From Octopus bimaculoides (taxonomy: Eukaryota), in contig NC_068992.1 in NCBI RefSeq assembly GCF_001194135.2, forward strand, positions 1,621,644 to 1,685,566: a stretch of 63,923 nucleotides of DNA. The letters run 5' to 3'. This document shows positions 53,525 through 63,923 of this stretch, one piece after another (within the stretch, counting starts at the first letter, position 1; every line of letters begins with the position of its first letter). The notes beneath the pieces are model-generated. The model did no database searches. It was given only the letters and a program-made list of their open reading frames with translations, and was not told the DNA's origin. A program made the translations under genes and the position numbers.

Positions 53525-53633
53525 AATGCAAATCGATCAAGAGTCCATGAATGTTCAAATTTTGGCTAGCTGATTTGACTGGAGCCACGTGAAATGAAGT
53601 GTTTTGCTGATGAAAACAACGTATTGCACGGTC
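53525..53633 (-). repeat. Inverted partial duplicate of 52878-53045
   Basis: The reverse complement matches gaccgtgcaatacgttgttttcatcagcaaaacacttcatttcac exactly over 45 bp, continues at high identity and lacks an internal ~57-bp segment. Confidence 0.9.
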
Positions 53634-53769
53634 TATGCTCATCCACTTGGACGTTAATTTCACGAGTAGGCTGTTCCGTTGATCGGATCAACTGGAATTC
53701 GCGTCGACGTAACCGACGGAGTGCCACGAAGATATTTATCAGTAAAAGAGACATAAAATAATATTCTTT

Positions 53770-53905
53770 TCTTTTCTAGGCACAAGGCTCGACATTTTGG
53801 GGCAGGGAGCCAGTCAACTTTGAACTCAGAACCTAGTAAAAAAAAAAACGAAATACCACGAAGCATTTCGCACAGCGAACTAAGGTTTCTGTCAGCTCCC
53901 CGCTT
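53770..53905 (-). mobile_element. SINE family A with internal deletion
   Basis: ggcacaaggctcgacattttgggg joined to tttgaactcagaac...gcatttcg...tttctgtcagctccccgc. Confidence 0.75.
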
Positions 53906-54306
53906 GAGACATATAACAATATTGAATGTGACTAGGTAGAATGTTCCATGTTTTAGTTTTATAACACTTTGTAAAGTAAGTGAACAATAAATCCATAGGT
54001 ACGTGGGTGAGGCGTATAAAATTAGTAATCGATCAGTGACCGTCAGTTGAAGCACTTTAAGAGCGTAATTGACTGGGTTTTGTGAAGTCTGTTAGCAATA
54101 CCTTGATTTATTAATTAAATCAGCCAGCTTATATCGGATTACAAAGGAGTCATAGATACATTGTACAATGTGTCTTTCGTTATGCAGCAGAAACAATTCA
54201 AGAGAATGGAATGATGTATTTTTCAGTGTCTCTTGATACAGGTCTGAAACACGAGATCGAATGTGGCACAAACAGCATTGACATTTTAGTTAACATTTAT
54301 AGTCAC

Positions 54307-54892
<586 letters not shown>

Positions 54893-55289
54893 AATCCGAG
54901 TAAGAATAAGTCTACCTCGTGTATTGATCTTTTAGAAACAGGCCTACCATTGGTCTCGAGACTGCTAAAGCACTTTTAAATAGAAGATCGGAAATAGATG
55001 ATGCTTTGGTTATTGTTAGAAAACCTGAAGGCAGATTTGCTTGACAGAGAGAACAACTGATGTGCCAGTAAAAGAGAAATGTCAGCTTGTTAAACTGAAG
55101 AATAGCAATCAAGTTTCGTATTAATGGCATGGTTCTAAATAATGTGAAAGAATGGTATATTATCATTTTCTATTACTTTGGAAAATATGATCTCATCCTA
55201 TTTCATGAATCCTAGATTATATTTCCGGCTTAGGATCAAAGACATTGCTTTATAAAAGCAAGTAACCGAATGACCGACTGTAGCACTCA

Positions 55290-55660
55290 TTGTTTTGTTG
55301 TTGCTGATGTTTTACTTCATGCGGTGTCGATGTTGTTGTTATTGTTGTTGCTGCTGGTGGTGGTGGTGGTGGTGTATATGGGATGGGGTTATGTCTTTGG
55401 ATGCTGTACAAGAAATGTGTTATTATTTCTTGTCTTACATTTGGACATGTAATGTTAAATATGATGGTAGTAGTAGTGGTGGTGGTGGTGGAGGCGATGG
55501 TGGTAGTGGTGGTGGTGGTGGTGGTGGTGGTGGTGGTGGTCGTCGTCGTCGTCTGTGAGAGGCCGTTGTTAATCTCTTTGTTCGCCATGATTTTGTTGTT
55601 TCTGCCGTTTCTGTTGTGGTGGTGTTGCTGCAGCTCCTACTGTTCGACATGTTATTGTTG
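55290..55660. repeat. (GTT)n/(GGT)n/(GTC)n trinucleotide low-complexity tract
   Basis: Directly visible; source of the poly-T, poly-V, poly-P and poly-G ORFs. Confidence 0.93.
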
Positions 55661-56722
55661 TTTCTGTTATTTTATTTGCTTTCTCTTTCTTACTTTCTCT
55701 TTTTCGATGTCTTCGTCGGCGGAGGCGCGAGAGTCACTATCTCCATCAATTCCTTTGTTTTTGTTCCAATTCAATTGTTGTTGTATTTATCCCATTTGCC
55801 AGTTGCGTTGACATCGGTGGGTTGAGAATTGGGTGGTACTTTGACTTACATTCACCGTTATTTCGAAAGAAGGCATCAAGACTTCCATTTCAAACATTTT
55901 ATAGACCTGTCTGCTTTCTAGCAAACATTTCCACATCATCTGATTTCTATTTAATGATTAAGTTCAAGAAAAACAAAATAGCGAGTTCTTGCAGAAGTAT
56001 CAAAACAAACATTTCTTACAATTCTGGTCTGTTTTGTAATGGAAGAGGCAAAAATAATTTGAAGAAAAGATTAAGGAAAAATTTAAAAAGTAAAGTGGGA
56101 AGTCTGTTCCAAGAAACGCATCATTGATACAATAACAACAACACTAACAATACCATAAGTACTCGGGATTTTGGCACCCAGGTAACATAATCGAACCCAG
56201 TACACCAGATATCACTATACATGGCATAATATGAAAGTGGCTCTGTGAAAGACTTTGCAATTACTTTGTAAGAAATCGTGTGACATGTGACCTGCTCATT
56301 TCGTTTATGACATAGTTATGCTTGTGGTGCGAGTTGCAGGCCGCGGGCGCATTGAAAGACTTGCCTTCTTTCATGAACTACAATTGTATATTATCTCGTA
56401 TGGTAAGATCCAATGCTCTAACAGGTTAACGAGAGCTTTTCAAACTGTTTTATAACACACAATCTAGTCATACGTGTAGGATGTCGTTCTTGACGAATAT
56501 TATTGTTCAAGAAGAACAGAATCCCATGTACACATCTTTGGTATTTAAGCCATATTTCAACAATAGTAAAGCAATTTAATGATGTGATGATATTGAAATA
56601 GACTTTGGCCTTGAGACATCTACTAAAATGACACACTTTAAAATTAAACGACTGGAAACCTGCAACATACAGTTTATTATGATTAAAGAAATTGATCCTG
56701 AAGTAAACTAAAAATATTAGTT

Positions 56723-56940
56723 TCAAATTTTACAACAAAGCCAGTAATTCCTGCGGAGAGGATAAGTCGCTTACAATGACTGGTATTGAACTGGTGTTTA
56801 TTGTATTGAACCTGAAAGGTTGAAATGCAAAATTAGCCTCGGTGGTGAATTTGAACTGAGAACGTAAAAGCAGACAAAATGCCGCTATGCATTTTACCCG
56901 GGGTCCTAACGGTTCTGCCAGCTCACCGCCTTAACGCCTT
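56723..56940 (-). mobile_element. SINE family A
   Basis: Collinear with the other copies; reverse B-box gaatttgaac and head ttctgccagctcaccgcctta. Confidence 0.85.
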
Positions 56941-57016
56941 AACTACCGAAGACCTGCAACATAGAGCTAGACAAAACTATCATAATGAAAAATTTCGATC
57001 CCGAAGAATACTACAA

Positions 57017-57252
57017 TTATTGGTTTAAAATTTCGCCACAAGGCGTGCAATTCCGGTGGTGGTGGTCGTGGGATACGTCAATTACATCGACTAGTGATAA
57101 ACTTGTATTAATTTTCTGGAACCCGAAAGGATGAAAAGCAACATTGGCCTCGGCGATGAATTTGAACACAAAACATAAAGACGGACGAATTGCCGCTAAG
57201 CATTTTACCCGGCGTGCTAACGTTTCTACCAGCTCTCCGCATTAACGCCTTA
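57017..57252 (-). mobile_element. SINE family A (tandem partner of 56723-56940)
   Basis: Collinear; shares tgaatttgaac and the ttaacgcctta flank with the preceding copy. Confidence 0.85.
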
Positions 57253-57289
57253 CTTTAAAAAAATGTTGCCAGCTGGCGACTACAGAGAA

Positions 57290-57770
57290 TCAACCTCTCA
57301 GATACTGGCTGAGCGCTCCGTGCCATTAAAGTAATTAGCCCCTGAAACCGTGTGATGTCTCTGGTGGCAGAAGCTATGTGATGGATACAAGTGAAATGGC
57401 TGAAGACTGGTACCTTCCTTTTGGTCAGGTTTTACTTCAAAAGGAAATTGATGATAAAGATGGAGTGCTGACTTCCAGCAAATTCATTGGAGTGTGGATG
57501 CAAGCACCAAGTAAGAGAGAAGGTCAATAGGGTGCAATTGCCCTAGTGGTTGGGTCAGTGGTTTTGTGGGGCTCGCCTTATTATCCTTTGAGGATCGAAC
57601 CATTAATATTAGCGAATTATTTTGTTTGTAATTAATTTTTGCTAGCTTGTTTCTGCTATTTCACTATTTATCCACTTTTAAGTAAAGCCACATTTTATTG
57701 CCCTGTACGTTCCTCGATTGTTTTGCGAACACATTAGTGGTCAATAAAAGTAAACATTATTATTTTTAAT
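57290..57770 (+). mobile_element. 3' end of a Tx1/L1-clade LINE
   Basis: Frameshifted LVAEAM*WIQVKWLKTGTFL / YFKRKL / VLTSSKFIGVW resembles the post-zinc-finger C-terminus of such elements as I recall it; followed by a T-rich UTR and AATAAA. Confidence 0.55.
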
Positions 57771-60189
57771 ATTATTAATTATAATAGTAATGCAATTTTC
57801 ATCTTTAAACAGCAACATTGTAAATATATTACATGTTAGAATCTGCATATTCTAAAGTTGGACGTGAACATTCGCTGCTATATAAGTGTCTACAAACTCT
57901 TAATAAAAATATATTTGAATTTGTGGTTACAGTTTGTTACGTAAAAGAATATTATTCTATAGGCTACCCTACGTATGAAATAAATATTTTTTAATACTTT
58001 TCCTATACTTATATAATCTTAATTTATTCCATTCATACGAAATATATTTCATTCATAGAGGAGAAATAAAAATAAAATAATTGCCCTACTGTATGAATAA
58101 AACTGAAATTTCAATATATAATGCATTATGTTTCCTCGAGTCTTTTTTTTATGAATGTGATATAAAGATTAGAATAAATTAGATTGTTGCCGACGCTAAA
58201 TATATGTTACTGCAAACTAGTTATGTTCGCCATTAACGTGATCAATATTATTGTTAGACATCAGTGGTGGAGGTTGAGGTGGTAGAGAAGTGAAAAAATA
58301 TTGTTTATCTAAATTTCGAGCTCCATATCGTCATCGAATTTTCACACGTTTTTATCCTGGAAATGCATGAAATTAATATCATGATTTCAATTTATTTGGT
58401 CATAGCATTATGAGAAAAGATATCATGCATTTCAGGAATATGATAGATACTGTAATTAGCAGTGAACTAAAGGATCCACGATGTGAGAGATCTACCTAGA
58501 TGTAGTAGCGCAAAATCTCTTCTATAATACCGTAATCCTTTAGAAAAGTAAGGAGCATACTAAACAATGTATCGGAATGATCCTCCCACCCCGGTTCATT
58601 CTTGATCATATTTGAGTTCTGTCAGATTCGAGTTGAGAATAGACAAGCAAGAAAACACAAATTGTGTGCATGTGCACTAGCGGTTATTTTGTGTAAATTT
58701 AAATGCATAAAAATTTATGGAAGTTTCAGAAAAACAGTGTTTTATATATAGAGAGACAGAAACAAAAAATTCTGTTGCAGGGAAATAGTGATGTCGCAAA
58801 TGAAGAAAAAAGATTAAAAAATAATAATAACCTGGCCATTTTTCAAATCAAATATCATTAACATTTTTTCTTCTCATTACCAAAAATTCCTTAAAATTTC
58901 ACCTACATAAAAAAATTAATAAAAATATAGAAAGAATCAATAAGCAATCAATAGATTAAATAAAAGCGGTCACGAACATCAATATCACAAGATTATAGGA
59001 ATCAATATATATAGCAGCCACTAGGAAAGAACTATATGAAAAGAAATAGAAAAGTAGGAGCAAACGTCTCTCACTCCTTAATGGAATCAATAACGAAATG
59101 ACAAAATGTGTAAAACGGAATGACAAATATTAGTGAGAGACAACATAACAACAGAATTATCTTAAATCAAAGAACGCACAAAAGAAAAGACTCTTTGCGA
59201 GTGCTTATACCTAGAACCGCGTACAGAGTTCAATTCCAGTCCCGAACGTTTTAAAATAAGGATTAGTTAAATATATAACAAAGATGCTGCATGACCAGCA
59301 GGGGACTTCCATATATTTTAGGAGTGGGTATGGACGGTAAATCAAATACCACGGACGGATAAGTTAAAATAACAACGAGTATGTTAGTGTCATCAACTGT
59401 GCATGCCAGAAAGTGCACAGTGGGTAGAAACTGTCCTGAATGCGCACATAAAGTGATCGAGTATTTCTGAGTATTGGAGTTATGTGGAACAATCAATCTC
59501 CCGTGAACACGAACAGCAGGCTGCGATCTTTTAACTTGTAGCTACGGTAAAAGAGGTTGGGTGGTGAAAAAACTTAAAGTACTGGACCCATATGTTGTTC
59601 TTCGGTCAAGCTCTCAAGGAGTTATTCGAAAGCGCAAAGAATATGAGTCGTGGCACAATGCGTGGGCCTGTAGAATGGAAAGAACCATAAAGGAGAAGGA
59701 GTGCCCTTTGTTGTCAGGATGATCCAGGATCCGTGGTGATCCTTGATTATCCTGTCTGGTACACTCGCTTATTGTGGAATTTTGCTGCTTCTTGCCTTCC
59801 TTGGGAACTATATATTTTAGCAACATTATGGAGATTGTATCATTCGTCGATACCATGCTATCGCTACAGATATCTTGTACTTTTGACGCTGGAAAACGAA
59901 CCAGCAGAAGAGACTCGAGAACGAAACACACCGGTCCAGTTTTGTGTGAATCATTGTTTTGCTCCATACATATATAAGATTGTCTATAAAACATTAGCAC
60001 CAACACATATAAACAGCATAAAGTAATTTGAAATGCTAGGCATTGACAGCAAGACAATTGAAACCTGAAACACTTCGTATCAATAAGATACACAGATCAG
60101 CTCACTGTTGTTCAGTGACGGCACGCAATAATGAAGTGACAATAAGGATTCAGTGTTAAGTAAACAGTCAGAATGATGTATTAACCAGA

Positions 60190-61870
60190 TTTAGCGCATT
60201 GTATGAAGAAGAGCCCACGTAGCACGATATTTTAGTATGATAAGGAATTGAATCGCACTATCTTCATGGAAGTTGTCTAATAAATAGCTCAATCTTAGAT
60301 AACCCTGATAATATAAAAACGTCCGTATTGCAATGTTTTGGGATATAGATGTGTCCTGTCAACGATGTACTGGAGCAACGTTAGGGTTCACATTGAAAGT
60401 CATCAGGAACTTGTTCAACTGACAACTTGAATGGATTTCACACTAAATTCAACGCATCATAATAGAATTCTAGAAAGTATCTGCTGAATTTATTTTTCAG
60501 TGGAGACAAATGTTGCATAATTTCATTTTCTGCAAAATTTTGGAAGCGTTTGGTCTTCATCTCCAGCATCATGAATTAATAACAGTTTCTCAAACATTGC
60601 AATATTTTTAACATTGACCTTTCTCTTTCACTTTTCCAGTTTGCAGCACATGAAAGCTTTGAAGGAATCCATGAAACTTTGATGTTCGTGTTGCTCCATT
60701 GCATTCGAAGATTCAGTTTATTTAACTGTTCAAAAATGTCGAACTAACAGGCAAGGCGCATAATTCGTTCCTCGTAATCCAACATGAAAAATAAAACAAT
60801 TTCTCTTATCCTGAACTTCAAACAATAATTTGAGCTCATGTGTGAGCTCATATACACATTGAGTTATATATAATTTTCAAACCATGAAACATTTGTATGG
60901 AAGAGAAGGATTTGATCCATCCACACCGAAATATAACTGCTGGAAAAATCATGACTTGAGTGCTTCTCTTTTATCAAAATTGACAATTTCAGTGGATTAA
61001 TTCAGAACCCTCTCTTGTAAAGTTGCCAGTGTTTCTGAAGGTAGTGCCTGGCGATGGATCATATAATGAATGTCGTTCAAATGTGAAGCTCTCTTTTTCG
61101 CAGAAAAATCCAAATATTGTCCCCAATATAGCTGGTCCTCAATCTGTATTGCACTCTTCGTCATTATGCTAATAAAGATATTCTGAATGAAAGATGAAAC
61201 TCTTACAAAAACATCTCAGACTTTAGGGTTTGTTTCAGAAGAAGAATGAAAGAAAAATTTCACTTTAAATAAACCAGAATTAATAGACCTTAAAAACGCA
61301 ACTGGGTACTCGATGCCGCAACAGACAATTCTAGAAGTTGAATTGAAATTACACCAACATTTGCTGAAATGATCTTCTGCACAACCTGATCTTCGATGCC
61401 AATGCTCCCATCTCAGACCAACTTTCAACAACGCTGTTCCATACTAATACGGTTGCAAGTGTTTCCGTAATCATTTTCCCAACAGAATTTCCACCATTCC
61501 AAGTGTACAAGGTTTGATCAGATTTTTCGATTTATCTTCGACGTTTTCCTCTTTTCCCTCTCCATTACTGCAACATAAGAACATTCTGTGATAAGTTGCG
61601 TAATTTCTTGCAATGCCCATGTTGAATCCAAAACCACCGTTCTGAACGTATTTCTCTGACGTTCAAAACATGCTTTCATTCCTGTTCTTGAGTTCAGGAT
61701 AAGCATTCTGCAACTGTTGCTTCCATTATATTGGTTTCAAAGAATCACTTAACAAAACCGAAACCGTGCACCAAATGACGCACTGAGGCGTTTCTTCTCC
61801 AATGGCGTTAATGAATGTGAATCCATATTTTCTATATGCATCATTGTACTTTCTCTTTTGTTGCTTTCAT
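60190..61870 (-). mobile_element. Near full-length decayed hAT transposase (Charlie/Buster, ZBED5/FAM200-like)
   Basis: MKAT/KRKYNDAYRKYGFTFI..PQCVI..SDSLKP, LIKPC, IEDQVVQKI, HYMIHRQAL (cf. HC.IHREAL), LLFHTNVSW (cf. LL.HTEVRW), DIFEQLNKLNLRMQ and CKLEK..VKNIAMFEKL, with many stops and frameshifts. TIRs not found. Confidence 0.9.
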
Positions 61871-62989
61871 GCTGGGCTCTGTGAATGAGAAAGCAAAACG
61901 TAAAGTCAGATATAAAAATAAAATATTTTCACTTTGAAAATTGAAATTATTTAATATGTAACATTGCTGGCAAGAAAAAGAAAATACATATCTCCAGTGA
62001 CGTATGCAAAACAGACACATGAAATTCACAAATATCGGAAATTATGATCTACGCTAACACCACAAATTCTTGAGAAACGTAGCAATTATATTTACTAGAA
62101 AAACAAACAACGTACTCAATGAAGTCACAAAGACAACCAAAACGGCGTGAGTCAACAGCGAAAACTTCCACTTCCACTTGCTGTTAAAGAATTCTGAAAA
62201 CCGGTAGAGCAAAATATCAGTATATACTTAGTTGCAAAGAACTTGTGCATGAAACACAAATAATTTTATCGATGTTTCAAAACTGAAAATGACCAGCAAT
62301 TGTCCCACTTATTTTGCAGAATTCATCATATTACATCGTGTAACAAATATACCATTGTTTATTTATTTGTTTTGTCTTTAGTCGGTAAGTGTTATTTATT
62401 ATTTACTTCTATCCAGAAATCAAAGGAAACACTGCTATTCCCTTCAAACTTCGCTTGTATGTCCTGGACATCAATGTTTTCAAACAGACCTATTTTCCAT
62501 TACATGTCAGACACAGCGATGAATTGCTGAAGCGGAAATATCGGTGTTGCAAATATTCTACTCAATACCACAGATTTGCTTCTCAGTTGCTTGACCTCAT
62601 CCTTTAGTTCCTGACAACATGTGCATCTCTTATTAGGAGCATGAGTAGTGCGGGGGCATCATAGCGATGTGCTAAGAGGGATTTTTAGGGTTTGAATAAA
62701 GGTAACAAATGTAAAGTTTGAACGAAATATTAATCATTTTTCAAACTTTCTAGGGAGAAGCAAATAAGAAATAACAGTTGCTACCCAAGGACAAAAATCA
62801 TGTTACACTGGGTTATTGATTGACTTAGGCAAAAATTTTACATGATCAACTTTGAGAGAAGGCTGTCGCATGTAATTCGTTCATGGAGATCCTATATTTT
62901 CGGGGCCAGTAAGATTGAACTATAATGGGAATAATGAACTTTCAATCAATGTGCAAGAAACCTGGTGTTCAAGCGGCTGAGCACCCCAG

Positions 62990-63135
62990 TACTAGACTGT
63001 TAATGTATTGAAACCAGAGTGATGAAGCACAATTTTAGCCTCAGCGGAATTTGAACTCGGAACGTAAAGACGAGCGAAATAGTGCGAAATAATTTGGGAG
63101 GCGTGCTAAATTATCTGACACCTCACCGCCTAATA
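62990..63135 (-). mobile_element. SINE family A, partial
   Basis: gcctcagcggaatttgaactcggaacgtaaagacg...cacctcaccgccta. Confidence 0.8.
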
Positions 63136-63159
63136 AAAAATAACTACAGCTACATCATA

Positions 63160-63372
63160 CTTTCCAGTATAGGCACAAGACCCCAAATTTTGGTGAAGTG
63201 TGTTGTAGATCACATTGACCCCAGCACTCGGCTAGTACTTATTTTATCAATCCCAAAAGGGGTGAAAAGCAAATTCAACCCCGACGAAATTGGAAAACAA
63301 AGCGTAAAGATGGTGGAAATTCCGGTATGCATCTTATCCGCCGTGCTAACAATTCTGCCAGCTCACGTCCTA
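63160..63372 (-). mobile_element. SINE family A
   Basis: ggcacaagacccc...gtacttattttatc...gtgctaacaattctgccagctcac. Confidence 0.8.
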
Positions 63373-63654
63373 AGCAACAAGACGAACAACAATGATAATG
63401 GTTGATATCGAAGTACGTGTTGATGATGGCGGAGATCGTTTTCTGCGATCTGGTGAATTGGCGAAAGATCAGTGGCAGTAATAAATGTATATAAATTGCT
63501 TCTCACCAACACCGAAACAAGAAAAACAACAAATAAAGAATTATGAACATACTTACTACACACACATACACATAACATATGCGTATATATATATTTATGC
63601 ATATATACACATTTATATATGCACATATATATATATATATATATAATATTATTA

Positions 63655-63923
63655 GGGACAAAATCCAAAATTACAGGTAAAAAACTCAATTAAAATCAAT
63701 TTATAAAAATTAAATTGAGCCTTATAGATAAAGTATATATAAAATATATATAGTTTTAGGGAAAATAACCAATTTTCAAGAACTCATCGATGAAAATCCA
63801 CTATCACATATAGAAAAATTAATAATTAAAAGCACAATAAATGAGTATAATATAAAGTAAAGTAAATATCATAAGATAAATATAATAAAAAGATTACACG
63901 TGTTTCATAACCAATTTTCAAAT
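63655..63923 (-). mobile_element. AT-rich repeat terminus, possibly a Penelope-like pLTR, cut by the window end
   Basis: Internal repeat ataaccaattttcaa occurs twice; the minus strand reads ...ttggttat-GAAA-CACGTG-TA-atc, a hammerhead-like palindromic stem III. Confidence 0.4.

Noticed and set aside
59614-60093. 159-aa minus-strand ORF, the longest non-repeat ORF
   Set aside because: No recognisable domain or splice support; it sits next to the hAT relic and is probably decayed repeat sequence.
63390-63481. Short frame MVDIEVRVDDGGDRFLRSGELAKDQWQ, superficially cadherin-like
   Set aside because: Under 35 codons, no DxNDN or other cadherin motifs, and no acceptor.

Overview
AT-rich eukaryotic (metazoan) scaffold with eight N-gaps, nearly all bordered by (TA)n, and very dense di-, tri- and tetranucleotide microsatellites. 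The repeat complement is most consistent with an octopus-type cephalopod genome (inference from pattern recognition, not a database hit). I recognise no intact host gene. Most ORFs in the supplied track are microsatellite, gap or chance ORFs, or antisense/fragmentary reads of decayed transposons. The window looks intronic or intergenic. It contains many tRNA-derived SINE copies and decayed RTE, CR1/L2 and Tx1/L1-type LINE fragments. It also holds relics of mariner, hAT (Charlie/ZBED5-like) and Chapaev/CMC-like transposases, a Helentron-like non-autonomous element and a 98-bp MITE. The best lead is a ~306-bp insertion at 9654-9959 flanked by an 11-bp target-site duplication. It joins a tRNA-derived Pol III head, an (AAT)n tract and a minimal type I hammerhead ribozyme of the Penelope-like kind, with an inverted copy of the family 3' terminus at its 5' end. 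Two further partial copies of the family are in the window, one truncated 7 nt from the predicted cleavage site. A possible second hammerhead family is cut off at the window end. Coordinates of decayed elements are approximate.
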